A stretch of DNA of 64,000 nt from Nemertoderma westbladi. Taxonomy: Eukaryota > Animalia > Xenacoelomorpha. Location of the stretch: the NCBI GenBank assembly GCA_032718475.1, contig JAUCBJ010008420.1, positions 1 through 64,000 of the forward strand, given 5' to 3'. Shown here in pieces: positions 39,681 to 52,820 of the stretch. The notes beneath the pieces were generated by a model, which was given only the letters and a program-made list of their open reading frames with translations, was not told where the DNA came from and ran no database searches. Positions within the stretch are counted from its first letter, which is position 1, and every line of letters starts with the position of its first letter. The position numbers and the translations under genes are program-made.

Positions 39681-39806
39681 CTGTGGAATATAGGATGACA
39701 CACACTCATATATCTTTCAAAAGTCATAGCAAGTAGGTTATTCGTTGAACAGACCATTGTAAGCCACATAATTCCATCATTCATCCAGGCGAAGCAATAA
39801 ATGTAC
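39681..39806 (-). CDS. Class A GPCR exon (TM3, ERY motif)
   Basis: ttacag|YIYCFAWMNDGIMWLTMVCSTNNLLAMTFERYMSVCHPIFHR|gtaaat; phases 2/2. Confidence 0.92.
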
Positions 39807-40004
39807 CTGTAACAATAGAGCCCTGTCATTGATTTGTTTTCCACAGAAATAAGTTTCAATATTAATTAAAAAACAATAATATAACTGTAAGGTGTGAGAA
39901 CAAGTTGTATGCAATAAAGAATAATGGATTAATTATTAATTGTTTATATGTTTTAACATCCATAGATTGTATAAATTATTAAGTAATTTAAACAGGACTT
40001 TTCA

Positions 40005-40089
40005 ACTTTTCAACGATATGCATGTGAAAAAATGTAAATAATTAATAATTAATTATTTACATTTTTTCACACGCATATCGTTGAAAAGT
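40005..40089. repeat. 85-bp near-perfect palindrome
   Basis: acttttcaacgatatgcatgtgaaaaaatgtaaataattaat is mirrored by attaattatttacattttttcacacgcatatcgttgaaaagt. Confidence 0.85.
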
Positions 40090-40229
40090 CCACTTTTTCT
40101 CACTAATATTTTTTAAAAAGAAGTGAATTAATCTGTTTCAAAGAGTGAATTAATCTAACTTTTTTTACACTGATTTTCCAGTAGTTTTGTTTTAACACAA
40201 TAATAAGAGATACATTATATTATTATATA

Positions 40230-42450
40230 AAATGCAACAGTTCAAAATGGATAGTATGTAAACGGGGTTCACGCTGCCCTGTCTGATCATGGGAGTTGTC
40301 CAACCTTTCTCCTCCTATCCCAGGCTGCTCCGCCACTTTACCTGCGACCCTCTGATAAAATGGCATGCACCACACCACGGCACTGACAATGGTGAACTGA
40401 ATCCGGTTTCGGACCCAGCCCATGACTTGGCTATTTGAACGTCCCCAATTCTGGTGGAGTCTCTCAGCGATAACCCGCAGGAGCATGCTTGCTTGGGTGG
40501 GGGGGGGGGGGGGGGGGGGGGCTAGGACACCATCACAAGATGCCACAAATGGAGAGAAATCTGCGTGACATTCCCAGGCAGCATCCACATACCCCTGTTC
40601 ATATCCTTGGCTGACTCAAGGGCTGACATGACTTTGCATCAAGGTTAACCAACTTAATGTCAATCAATGCTCTCAGTCTGTGGGTTGAATGCTCCTCGAA
40701 TGCCTATGTCGCACCGAAGACCGGAATCTCTATCAGTCCCCTGCTGCTTACAGACAATTAGCTCTAGAGTAATGTTGCGTATGAGGCCCAAATGCCATTG
40801 CTGCCAGATTGCCTAAACCATCCTGGAGCTCATTGTTACAATTTAAGCCATGTTTCAAATCGTAGGGGGCTCCCACATCCATCACACTGACTGGGCACTG
40901 AGGAGAGGGCACCAGCACATTCGACATCGGCCATAGCCGTCGCTGTGGCATCTCCCCTACTGCTTCAGCTAACTGAGTTTTCTGATTCATTAGCTGCTGA
41001 GACCAGGCTGCTTTCCGCGTTTGTTGGAGGCACTCGATGTGGCCTGCCAGAAAGAACTATGTCTCACCAGTATTTGTCTTCACCAGCAGTTGTGTCCCCT
41101 TCCTAGAGACGGAGTATGAATGAGGGGCCTCCATGACTGGGTCGCATAGTCTTAGTCCTCCTGAATGCTGGGAAATAGCGAACAAACTCCTCTCTGTGGC
41201 TGAAACTGTGCCACAGAAGATAGCTGACAGAAAACGCTTAGATATTGCTACCTCCAGAGTGAGCCACAAAATCAGCATCGCAATCTGGGGTTACCCACTG
41301 GAGATAGGCCCAATCCCTCTGGAGGAAGCAGGCCATGGTGGTGAATGCTGCTTGAGGTTGAGCCTTTGATATTTTTTGAAAATCAGTTAAAAAAGTAAAA
41401 ATTTGGTTAAAAAAAGTACTTTTCACTAATTTTGAAGTTAGTTAAAAATACTCTTTTAAACTAATGTTTCAGAATACAGCTCATAAATTGAGGAGTTACA
41501 ATTACTTTTATATACTTATATGTCAATAAACTATCTGTATTTTTTTTAACCTCATAAGTCTCATTTAGTTACATAGATAATAAAAACTTTACAAAATTCA
41601 GATAATATTAAACAATACCCACCACCAACTGACATTACTAGGCAACAAATGTAAGAGGGAAATTTAAAATGAAAAGTGTACTTTTCCCACCCCCAACACA
41701 GAAACAGCCTCTATGGTGTATGGAGCATACTACTGTACTACCGCATCCTGCCGAACTGTGCCAACACCCCTGGGTCTGAGTCCGCGTTAGCCAACCGGAT
41801 CGATGAGTCTGTGATGACCTACCGCACTGGTCGCCTAGCAGCGGTAACCTTGCAAACACATTAAGGATGACCTGAGGAGGGAGAAACTGATTCGCAGACA
41901 TACACCCATGAGACGCACTCCAGATAGGGAACCTGACGTTTGTCGGACAACTTCACCACCAGTCATTTGACAAACTGGTGGGCAGATGGTGCCATTCCAC
42001 CGAAAGCAGAGAAGATTAAGGGAGTGAAGGTGGAGTGTTCCACCTAGCATAATTTATCTTCGTATTTCCGGCACTTCCTCGCCTCATGGTGAAGATGTGT
42101 GGTGTCATTCGGCATTGCTGCATTGATGTCTGCCAGTGGGTTGAACACCAACATGTCGATGAACAATTTCTGATGGCGATTGCGGAATGCAGAATGTGCT
42201 CACCGACACATTGAGCCGCGCCAGCTGGTCTGTTGAGGTGGACTGGAGAGTGAAGGAATCACCTGTTAGTGTCTAGAGCATTAGCTCGACAGCCACATTG
42301 TGGGCCACCTCGGTTAGGGTGTCGAAATCACGGATCTCATTGTGTCTGATGGAGGGGAAACCTCCAGTGGGACACAACAGAACGTGGGTTGCAGAAAATC
42401 AGGACCCATAGACACAATGAGATGGTAGGTTCTTCGGCGACGAACCATAG
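40230..42450 (-). mobile_element. Degenerate CRE-clade non-LTR retrotransposon
   Basis: KAQPQAAF...LQRDWAYLQ, ERSLFAISQHSGGL, LRCDIGIRGAF and FSPFVASCDGVLA...QVMGWVRNRIQFTIV. Confidence 0.75.
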
Positions 42451-43959
42451 CGTATAGACCATCTGTATGGTGTTTGTCATCAGTAGTATATAGCTGTATA
42501 GTACTGTACAGTACAATCATAATACCGGCATACATCAAGCAGAACGGCAGCGAGAAGTACTGGAAAGCTGGACCTGGCAGGCCTTTGGCCTAATAGTAAT
42601 ATCCTTCTTGATGATCTGAATGTGCCTTCCTTTTCATACTTTAATGAGGATGATATGTTTTTGGGGCTTTGGGTCTTATGAAGTACCCCAAAATACCTGA
42701 AAACAGTTCAAATATACCATATAATACTAATCAATAATAGTTACTAATCAAAACAATAAATGAGAATAAGATAACAATTTTGTGTCTATTTTAGTTAATG
42801 TTGCAATTTTGTAATGTTCTTGGGTAATCTAAATGCACAAAATAGAGGCTCCACTTTATTTTTGAAAATGAATTTTCAAATTTATAGTATTTTAGACTTT
42901 TTATGAGGTATTTCGTAGGACTGGGACCTTCTGCCTGAGAAATCCAAAGATACAGTGATAAGGCCGGTAATACTTTTTAAAATAAAACAATATATTCAAT
43001 ATATAATAATAGAAAAAATATAATGGAAAAATTTTTTTTAGCTCATTTTCTTTAGTGAAATTCAGATATTCTGACCTTGTGTTTAGTTTTTCACTCATTG
43101 GCTCTCACTTAATTTCACTCACTTAGATCATTTTAAATGCCTAAATTTCCAACTTATGTAAATTTCAACCACTTAAGAATAGTTGAATTTTACTAAATTG
43201 AAATTGAGTGAAAAAATTTTCAGCTTACTTTTTTTATGGAATAATAGTCCTATTATTAACTCCATACATTAGAATACGCAGGTGGTTTTAATTACAGCAC
43301 ATTATCAGCTCTCTACATAAGTAGTAGCAAAGCAAAAGCAGCAGTATTGTAAATATAATTTGTTTGTTTGTATATAGTTGTTTCAAGTCTGCTTGCCATG
43401 CAATATTATACTTGTGATTCTTTTTTGACATTCTTCTGCCTTACATTTACTCTTATTCTTAGACTCCCGGCTGTGGGGCAAATTAGTTAAAACTGCAGGC
43501 CATCAGTGATCTGTTATAATTATACTATGGCCATTGTGTATTGTAATAATGTCATTCCTGGTAACATTAATACTACCCCAAACCAATTAGCTGAGCACAG
43601 CAGGCAATCCATTTTACCCTTTCAATCTGATCATCTTCATACAGAAATATCTAACTCATTCACACAATAGCAGTTGCACACAGACAGAGGCTCAAATTGT
43701 CATCATTAGCTTCATTTTTATTCAATTATCTTCATTACCATTAGAAATAGTTGTAGGCAAGTTTCTCAACTTCGTAGTAGTGGTCTCCCTTTGACATTTA
43801 ATGGAAGTCACAAAGGTGATAAGTGTTCTGTATCACACAACACCTAGAGATTCAGAGTCAACAACGATAAGATGATGTATGATTGTTTTAAAATGCACAA
43901 TTGGCTGAACTCATTTGAGAATACTGGCACTGTTCCAGCTCCAGGAAAGTTCCCAACAA

Positions 43960-45250
43960 AATCTCATAATAATGCGATAGCAAGGCAGCATGTTGTGGAA
44001 TTCTAAGACAATCTTCCCAAGATGCCATCATCGCATTACTGTAGGGCACATACCACTCGATTGTATGTAGAACCTCAGTTTAAAACTAAAAAAGCTTTGT
44101 ATGATTTGTATTGTCAAAATATCACAGAAAAATATAACGATGGTAATATTATGAGCTCGACTTCGTTTTTAAATGAAAGTGAAAATTTGAAAATTTCCCT
44201 TTTGGCCCCTAAAAAAGACCAATGCGATACGTGTGTGGCATTCAAACATCAAAATATTAGTAAAAGCGAATATGAAGAACACATGAATCGCCGGAGTAGT
44301 TTGAGGGCTGAGAAGGAGGCAGACAAAGAGAGAGGCATAGAAGCAAATGGCGATGGACTTATTGTTATAATGGTTGATGAGGAAGCAGTTGTATTGACCC
44401 CGTATGTTCAAGCAAGTGATGCCTACTACCGATCAAAGTTGTCGACGCACAACTACACTGTTTATAATTGTGTAAGTAAAAGTGCAACCTGTTATATTTG
44501 GAACGAGACAGAGGGCAATGTAGATGGAGAAGATTACGGATCCTGTCTGTATGATGATTACATAGTCCAATTAAATCTTAAACCGAAATAAATCAACGCT
44601 AATTATCTGGAGTGATGGTTGTGGAAGACAACATCGATGTGCACCTCTTGCGAATATCTTACAATATCTTGCATTGAAACTGGATGTAACAATAATTCAA
44701 AAATACCTAGAAAAGGGACATACGCAAATGGAGGTGGATACAATTCATTCAGTAATAGAGCGAAAAAGCATAGGGATAATATTATAGTAGGGATAGTATA
44801 TATTATATACGCCCCATCTAGCTTTGGTGAGTTTGTACGTGGTTGCAGATCTAAACAAACTCTGGTCAATAACTATGTTGAGCACACTTTCTTCAAGACT
44901 TTTAAAGCCATTGCTCTAATTTCTGACATTCGGCCAGGAAAGAAAAAAAGGCGATCCAATAGTAGTTAACCTTTGTTCACTGAAATACTCTAAAAGTGGG
45001 GACATGCCCTTAGATAAGTTAAACATAGGAGACCAATGGCAAGTGCTACCAGTTCGAAATCCGATGCAAGTGACATTACATAAGGTATCGATCGATTCAA
45101 GATCTGGAAAAGAAAATACTTGCAACATATAATTCAAGACTTTCAATATCTGAGAGAAAATATAATGATCTCCAGGCTTTGAAGATGGTGATACCCAAAG
45201 ATTATCAAAAATTCTACAATGAAATACCGCATGGGGCCGCTTCTGAATGT
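43960..45250 (+). pseudogene. Second Sola-like transposase relic (divergent from the 5.6-7.5 kb copy)
   Basis: LPKMPSSHYCR, PKKDQCDTC, YYRSKLSTHNYTVY, CYIWNETEG, IIWSDGCG and KYLEKGHTQMEVDTIHSVIER across frameshifts. Confidence 0.75.
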
Positions 45251-45319
45251 GACTGATCTAGAGTAGCTCTGTGATCCGTGCAATAATATTCATTCATATC
45301 TTTGACATCAAACGGCAAA

Positions 45320-45685
45320 TGCAATTATTATTTATATGCGAGAGCTAATACATTAATTAGGAAGTTTGGTTCGGCCAGCTTATCTGTCAGAGTAGCGCTG
45401 TTTCGTGCATTTTGCACCCAGATCTATGGTAATGCACTATGGGCGGGTCAGCACTACTCTGATAGTATATATAACAAAATTAGAGTGGCATATAATAACT
45501 CTATTCGTTTATTTTTCAATATTCCGAGATTTGCTGATGGAGAACCCACCAGTATAAGCTTAACATGTGCACAATTAAATTTACCGATGTTTATTCACAT
45601 CCGACATCGCTCCATAGCTAGCTTGATATCTAGGGTGTGCAAGTCGGATAATTTAATTGTATGTGCGGTATATAGTACATGCCGA
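45320..45685 (+). mobile_element. LINE ORF2 C-terminal fragment
   Basis: LYARANTLIRKF...ALFRAFCTQIYGNALW...IRVAYNNSIRLFF. Confidence 0.7.
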
Positions 45686-47900
45686 TTAGCTGGTTATATA
45701 AGGAATACTATTGGCGAGAGAATTCCACCCTGTGGGACACCACAGAGCATAGATCTAAGGGTTGAAATTATCTCGCCAATACTTACAAACTGCGTTCTAG
45801 AACTAAGAAAGCTAGCCAGTAATTTATGTGGGATGCCTCTGATACCGTACCGTACATATGTAGTTTATCAAGAAGAATTTTAAAATCTATAGTATCAAAT
45901 GCCTTTTTAAGGTCAATAAAAATAGTACGTACTGGCTGTTTGAATAAATTATGTAATTGACAAAAGAGCATCTGTTGTAGATGTCTTTGAGCGGAAACCA
46001 TACTGGGATTTTGCAATTATTGAGAATTTGTCTAGGTAAGATTTAATAATCTTCTCAAAAATTTTACTCAAGACAGGTAACAAGGATATCGGCTGGTAGT
46101 TGTTTGTGTCGGTAGGGTCTTGAAATTTTTAAAGAATATGGAAAAAACCCGTTTTTTATAGATAAATTTATCAGATAGTTCAAGTGTATAGATAGTGGCT
46201 GTGCTGCTAAAATTAATAGTCTCGCAGGGAAGTTGTCATTGGACGACGAGTTAGGGTTTAGGTGTAGTAAGTGATATTGTATTTCTACTGGCGAGGTCTC
46301 ACAGAGTGAAGAGGATGATGGATTTTTATGTCGTACATTACGCAGTGGTGATCGTGGCGATTTAGGTATAGTTTCTGCTAGTGAAGGACCAATAGTCGAA
46401 AAGTGTTTATTAATAGCATTAGCAAGGTATTGCTTTTCTGCATTGCGTCATGGAATGCTATATAGAGATATTCTCTATATAGCATTCCATGATTGCGTAG
46501 AGTAGTCGTTAATTTATTTCGAAACGTCCTATATTTATTTAACAGCATTATTTATTATCAGTTGGTTTTTTTTTAATAAATTCTGTATATTTTATTTTTA
46601 CGTAAAGTAGAATTTATAAGTCCCCGTGTCATCCACGGTTTATTTTGGGCTTCCCGTTTCGGTAAGTTCTTTTCAAGAACATGTGAACGGCAAATTTTCT
46701 GGAGGTCAGAATAAAACAAGTCAAATTTTTTATCATCTGGTTCATTATTGTTTGTACACGACCAAGATGTCTGCTCGTTTATATCATTTAAAAATTATGT
46801 TACATTAAAGTTTCCATAATCAAAAACGTTTTTTGTTGTTTTTTCATTAAAAAAAACAAGATTATTCCGTAAAAACCACAAAAGTTGAGTAGTGGTCCGT
46901 AGTTCCGATGTCACATTCAAAAGGGGCAAAGATAGATAGTGAAGTTGTTATATTTGTTATTATGTGATCAATTAGACTTTTGGACCACTCGGTAACTCGA
47001 GTTGGCTGTTTAATTAATTGCGTGAATCCGAAGGAATTTATTAATTCTATATATGTTTTAGATACACACACATGAAGATTTTAGTAGATCAATATTATTT
47101 ATATCTCCGGTAATAAAGACATCCTGGTTTGATTGCGATAATTTTTTTAAAGTAGAACCCAATTGGTTGATAAAATTATCAATATTCACAGAATCAGAAC
47201 GATATATGGTACCAATAATTACTGGTTGATTGTGATTTCGTTTAATTTGGATCCGCGAATTTTCCGGTCCCTCCATTTTTAGATCGACTCTTTCTTTCAG
47301 TCGCTTCTAAAGATTCCTTTATATAAATGGCAGTACCGCCTCGATTTAACGTTGTTCCTAGTGTTCGGTTATCAGTGAAAGGACCTTGATATCCAGAAAT
47401 TTTTACAAGATCGGTTAGATAATTGTCAGTTAAGACATCAAACTGTTTGTCTAAAATATTCAAAAAATCAGTAATCGGTGATAAATTTTTTTGCAGGCTC
47501 TTACAGAAGGGAAAGGTTTCTTTAAAGCAGAAAACGCAAAATCGGGTTGACAAAGGGTTAGGTTCAGCAATCTCCCTCAGGCTTAGGTGTGATCCGCACT
47601 GGCAGTGAAAATTATTTGAACGCAATTCACACTGAAATACATAATCCGGTGGGGCGATTATAGAAAAACAAAATTGGCACAATAATTTTTTGTTGGGTGT
47701 AAACATACGGTTAATTCTGGCTAATGTAATCAAATTTTAGTAATTTTAGTTAGTACAGAGATCGCAGTTGCTATGCCTACGTATGAACTAAAGCTTACAA
47801 AACTGCAGTCTGAAGAGGTAGGCAATGAGTCTGACAGTTTTAAGACAGAAAGTTATCAATAGGACCGTACGTGAGATGGAATTAACCGCGTGTTTGAATA
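45686..47900 (-). mobile_element. Degenerate CR1/L2-group LINE (Cys-rich domain, AP endonuclease, RT)
   Basis: RGGTAIYIKE, IIGTIYR, PTRVTEWSKSLIDHIITN, TDHY, IFIDLKKAFDTID and CGVPQGGILSP. Confidence 0.85.
46449..46491. mobile_element. 43-bp hairpin with CATG termini and 7-bp TSD (P-superfamily footprint or micro-MITE)
   Basis: ATTGCGT|CATGGAATGCTATATAGAGA-tat-TCTCTATATAGCATTCCATG|ATTGCGT. Confidence 0.82.
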
Positions 47901-49681
47901 TCACTCTAAGACGAATCTGGCAAAACAGGCAGGTCTATTTATATAGATAGACAACAAAAATAATTACGGTTGAAGCAAATATTTCTTAGTAAATAATTGA
48001 AAAAATAACACAAAAAGGGATACCGGATTCGGTTAATTATGTAACAGACAGTTAAGTTCATGTGTCTGAAATTTCCAACCCTATCGTGGTTAACATAACA
48101 AAAGTTTCATAAAAAAGAGAAGAATAAACTAAAATACTAAAATAATCAAAATTTCGGATTACAATGGCTACTACCTGCAGATATTATTAGTAGTCATTAA
48201 AAAAAACACCTAAAATAGTTGGTTTTTCAAGTTGTACAGTAGTGGGACTATGGGCCCATTTCACTGTGCCAGTGCTGTGTTCCGGTCTGGTAGTAGGCAT
48301 AATTGTTTTGTTTACAGCCCTGTCAGTAACGAATAGGTCGTTCCTGAAAAAATGAAAAAATTCAAATGAAAAAACTAGTTTCGAAAAAAAAATGAAAAAA
48401 TACTTGCTTTTGAAAAAAAATTAAAAAAAATACTAAAAAAGTAGTAAATGGCCGGAAATCACCACCGTAATGAATATTATTTTTTTATTTTATTTATACC
48501 ATATAATCAGTCCATAAATACCAGTTTACCGTATTATGGTAAGGGGACCGAAAAGGTTACAGTGGTAGTTTTTTCTAACCAAAACAATAAGCGAGAGATC
48601 TCGGGTACATTTTGTGGTGTTTTACATACATACAAATAGGAATTCTTCATTTTGCAATGTTTTCGGGTAAACAGAATGTCCAAAACAGAGGCCCGAAAAC
48701 AAGTACCGGTATTTTAGTTAATGAATCAAGTTTTTAGGGGTATTTTTGAAGTTATTTTGAGGTATTTTGGTTTCTTGGTGTGTTTTGTGGTAATTCGTAG
48801 GACCGAGAGCTTCTGCCTAACAAATTCAAGTATATAGTGATACAATGTGTGATAGATAACGCTAAGTGATATTTTTTTCAAATAAAACAATATATTCGAT
48901 ATAAAAACGTGAGGGAAAGCACTATTTTCCACTCATTTTCTTTAGCGAAATTCAGGTATCCTGTATCAGGTATCAGGTAGCCCCCGTGTGTTGACATTCT
49001 AGCAAGCATTCTTGCAAACTCCTGTAAAACTCAACCACTCTAGACAAAATAGTTGAATTAAGCTGTTATGAAAATGAGTGCAAAAATGCGGTGTAGTCCT
49101 TAATGGGGTAGACGACTCGGAAATTTTTTTTCGAGTTTTCGTTGGTTTCATGTGAAAGAGCATGTGAAATAACCCCAGAGAGCAATTTTACTTAAAAAAA
49201 ATAAATATTGGCCGAGTTATAGCGATTTTAAAACGCAAAATTAGCAACATCGAAAAATCAGGCCGTTTCAGAAAACTGCACTAGTGACGTCACTAGTGCA
49301 GCAGTAAATGTTCATTGGTTACTATACAATATAAATCTCTTAGTAACTAAAATAAATTGTGTAGCTAATATTTATTTAGTGTGTTTTTGTGTTGTGTTAA
49401 GAATACATTATTTGATATCTTAATGTGGAAATTGATTCATGACAAGTTAATTATTCCAGAATAATAATTATTTTTCCCAAACTATACAGTTGTTAGCTAT
49501 AAAAATAAAATATATTTGTAGCTAAAACTGCCAGGTGATAGAAATCCAGTAGCTTATTGATGTTTCATTTAAGCTTCAAAACTTAGATTACTTTGGATTA
49601 GATTGTGGATTCGCACTTTTTCGATTGTAATTATTTTTATACAAGTTAAATTATTGAATTCCAATTGATAGTTGATAGTTA

Positions 49682-52600
49682 TACTCCAGTCCCTGGCTTT
49701 AGACCCCGTAGGAATTTTGGGGTGGACGGGGTTTCTCACCGAATCCTAGTTGGACATACATATATGGGTGAAAAAAACTTGGGTAGACTTTCTGGTTCCT
49801 GGGCGTAAGTTTTTTATAGCCATTTGTTTTGTGCGTCTGTGAGCTGTTCACAATTTCAAAAATTGCGGCGATTTGAGTATTTACTATGACAGTTTCCAAC
49901 GTAACATAATAATACACTTTAAAAATTGTGGTGAAAGTGGTAAAACAAAAAATACGCCACATAATATACAGTACCTGTTTTTTAATACATTGTGAAAAGA
50001 TCCAATTATTTCATGTAATAATGTTACCTATACATATTTTCTATGCTGTGCAAGTAAATACATTGTGTTCTAGAATACTAGCTACTAATTTATAGCTATT
50101 AATAAAATTTGTTACATCATTTTAAGTATTTATTTTTAACATCATTTTAAGTATTTATTTTAAACATAAATCATTAATTTAACATAAAAACAGAAAGCAA
50201 AAGTTATTGGTCTCACCGATAATGTTCGTTAAATGGAATTTTCCGAACTTCAGGGTCCCCATAAACATAACCATGTAGGCTAATTATTTCTGTTACTGCA
50301 CATCTTTCGCTATATTTTTCAATAAGAAATATCACAGAATTGTTCTAGAACAATTTACAAACACATTATATTAAAGCAAATATATGTTATTAAAAAATCA
50401 TTAAAAAATCATATGTGGCATATAATGCAAAAGTACCAGTAGCTAACAAAACTTTGTTAGCTACAGTTTCATATTGTTTGATACGGGTATATATATTTTA
50501 TACGTAAGAAGGCCCTTCATATTTTATTTATAATGTAGAAAGAAGGTGTTAAAAGTACAGTACATATAATAAATAATATAATTATTTATCTTGTTGAACA
50601 TCGAACAGTTTTTTTTTCAAATGGGAGACAACAAAGAACTTGTTGGACTACAACTTTGCAGAACTACAACATTAATTCGAGATGGTTTTGGGACATCAAT
50701 TGTTTGTGATGCTTCACGGTGTGTTATCTGTCAAGGTGTTGTATCTGTTAGGTTAGGGGGTTCAGGGGATAATATCACAGTTACCGGAACAACCGAAGGT
50801 AGAAAGAAAATAATAGCAGCCGCACAAATCCGAAAAGATATCGTTTTGAAAAGGATAAATTATCTGGGATTAGACTCTGAGTTTGTATATCATTGCAACA
50901 ATGAGTGTTACAAATTATACACATTAAAGAAAACACTTCTAAAAAAACAAAGAGAACCGGAAGTGATAGATATTTCTTCAGCAAATGCTGAATCTTGATA
51001 AATCACATCCTGAGGTTTATGATCAGTTCATGAAAGGCCATTTTGTTGTACGGAGAACTAAAGGGAAGTTTAATGCGGTTGGTGTCGATATGGCTCTGGA
51101 ACAGACAATAAATAGATCTCAAAAGTCAAGTGGTGGAATTATTGGTCAATCTAAGCGAAAAGACTATATTGCAGAATGGAAACTGGTCTATCATTAGGTT
51201 CTTTCAATTCGACAAGCAATGCAAGTACTACTTAATGTTAGACAAGTCGATTATGAACTGCAGATACATCATGAGTTAAGTGGAAACCTCAGAAACGAGA
51301 TGGATTTAAGTATAGCAAAAATGGTGCAGTATATCGAATGCAAAGAAAATCCCTATATTAATGGAGGTGAGGTTAAACTTCATAATTTATTAACAAACGA
51401 AATTGTACCACCATCAACTTCCGAAAAGCTACAGTGTAAGTGTACTTAACTTTTCGACCCTGGAAGACAATGTCTATTAGGATTGTTAGGATTGATTATT
51501 AGGATAACAGTAGTATGGCTGTAATGTACTGCTACTGCTGACTCCCTACCTAAGTCTGGCTCAGACCAATACTTGCAAATAAATACTGAACTTAAATACT
51601 CAATCCTGCAATCAATACCCTCTATCTGCCTGTTCCGCAATGGCACGCAAGGCTGACAAAGAGAACTGGGCTGCCGCTATACAAAAGCTTAATGACCTTA
51701 TTGAAGTTAAGTTCGAATATTTGGATGGAGACATTAAGCTCATAAAGACCCAACTAGAACTCATCCCAGTTATCCTCAAGGAAAACGAAACATTAAAAAG
51801 AGAGAACCTAGCTCTAAAAGACAAGATTGCAACACAAGAGCTACATATCGATGAACTCGACCAATACGAGCGGCGGCACTCGGTTCTGCTTCATGGAATT
51901 GCCGAAGGTAGCAAAGATGACGATCGGAAATCTCTCCAAGATGTTCTCTCCACCCTATGTATTAACTTTAACTCCGTTGACATTTTTCACTATATGCAAT
52001 ATTTGGTTAAGGTCATAAAGCCACGATCGACTAGTAAAACGTTTGACAGTCTTCGATCCGAAATCATTAGACAAGAAGGTGCTCCAAACTTATTAAACCT
52101 TCCTTGTTCAAGTCATTCATTGCAGGGTCATTTGTAGCGCGCCTTCTACAATGTTTATTTGTGTACATCAGTATTAAATAGTAACTCGCCCAACCTAGAA
52201 CCAACAGATTATGGATGGTCTATTAATGAGAATGACTCATCAATCATGCCCGATCCTTGGAATAATGAACTACCTAAATGGGCGACGATTACTTGCTTCT
52301 GCAAGAAGTGCAATACTATGCGATGCAGATGCCGGAAAGATATCGCTTCTTGCACATCATTTTGCAAATGCAATTTTGAAATGGAGTGCGAAAATATTCC
52401 ATAATAAGAACATTTTATAATTCATAGCATTTAATTAACATTATATAACATTTCATAATAAATTCACTCAGTGATCATATCAATATAACTATTTTACTAT
52501 GCCCTCGTTTCTTTATAACTCGCTTCGATCGGTTTATGATGAATTGGAGCATCGTAAAACCGTTATATTTGGTTAACTCTGGTAACAACAGCTAAATAAT

Positions 52601-52820
52601 AATTATCATTTGTACTCTTGATTTGGAAAAGTGATGAGGACACAGATGAATATTTGTATATTTATGACGTCATAAAATGACGTCATAAAAAACTTAGGCC
52701 CAGGAACCTAAAAGTCTACCCAATTTTTTGTTCTTCATTTTTGGACCCCAAACCCAGTTCAAGTGAGAAACGGCGTCCACCTCGAAATTCCTACGGGACT
52801 TAAGGGCAGGGACTGGATTA
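49682..52820 (+). mobile_element. Academ-like (AcademX) DNA transposon, internally deleted
   Basis: TTA|TACTCCAGTCCC ... GGGACTGGATTA|TTA (3-bp TSD, TA termini, ~130-bp imperfect TIR). Relics GHFVVRRTKGKFNAVGVDMALEQTINRSQKSSGGIIG, NLPCSSHSLQGHL*RA and PTDYGW...CFCKKCNTMRCRCRK...CTSFCKC (Cys8 finger). Confidence 0.75.
51437..51985 (+). mobile_element. LINE 5' fragment (ORF1 coiled-coil) nested in the Academ element
   Basis: Coiled coil followed by IDELDQYERRHSVLLHGIAE (LEQYSRRxNxxIxGIPE-type ORF1 motif). Academ coding resumes after ~51990. Confidence 0.65.

Noticed and set aside
43500-43615. Hydrophobic minus-strand peptide MDCLLCSANWFGVVLMLPG as GPCR TM2
   Set aside because: No convincing acceptor or donor in the right phase and no clear TM2 motif.
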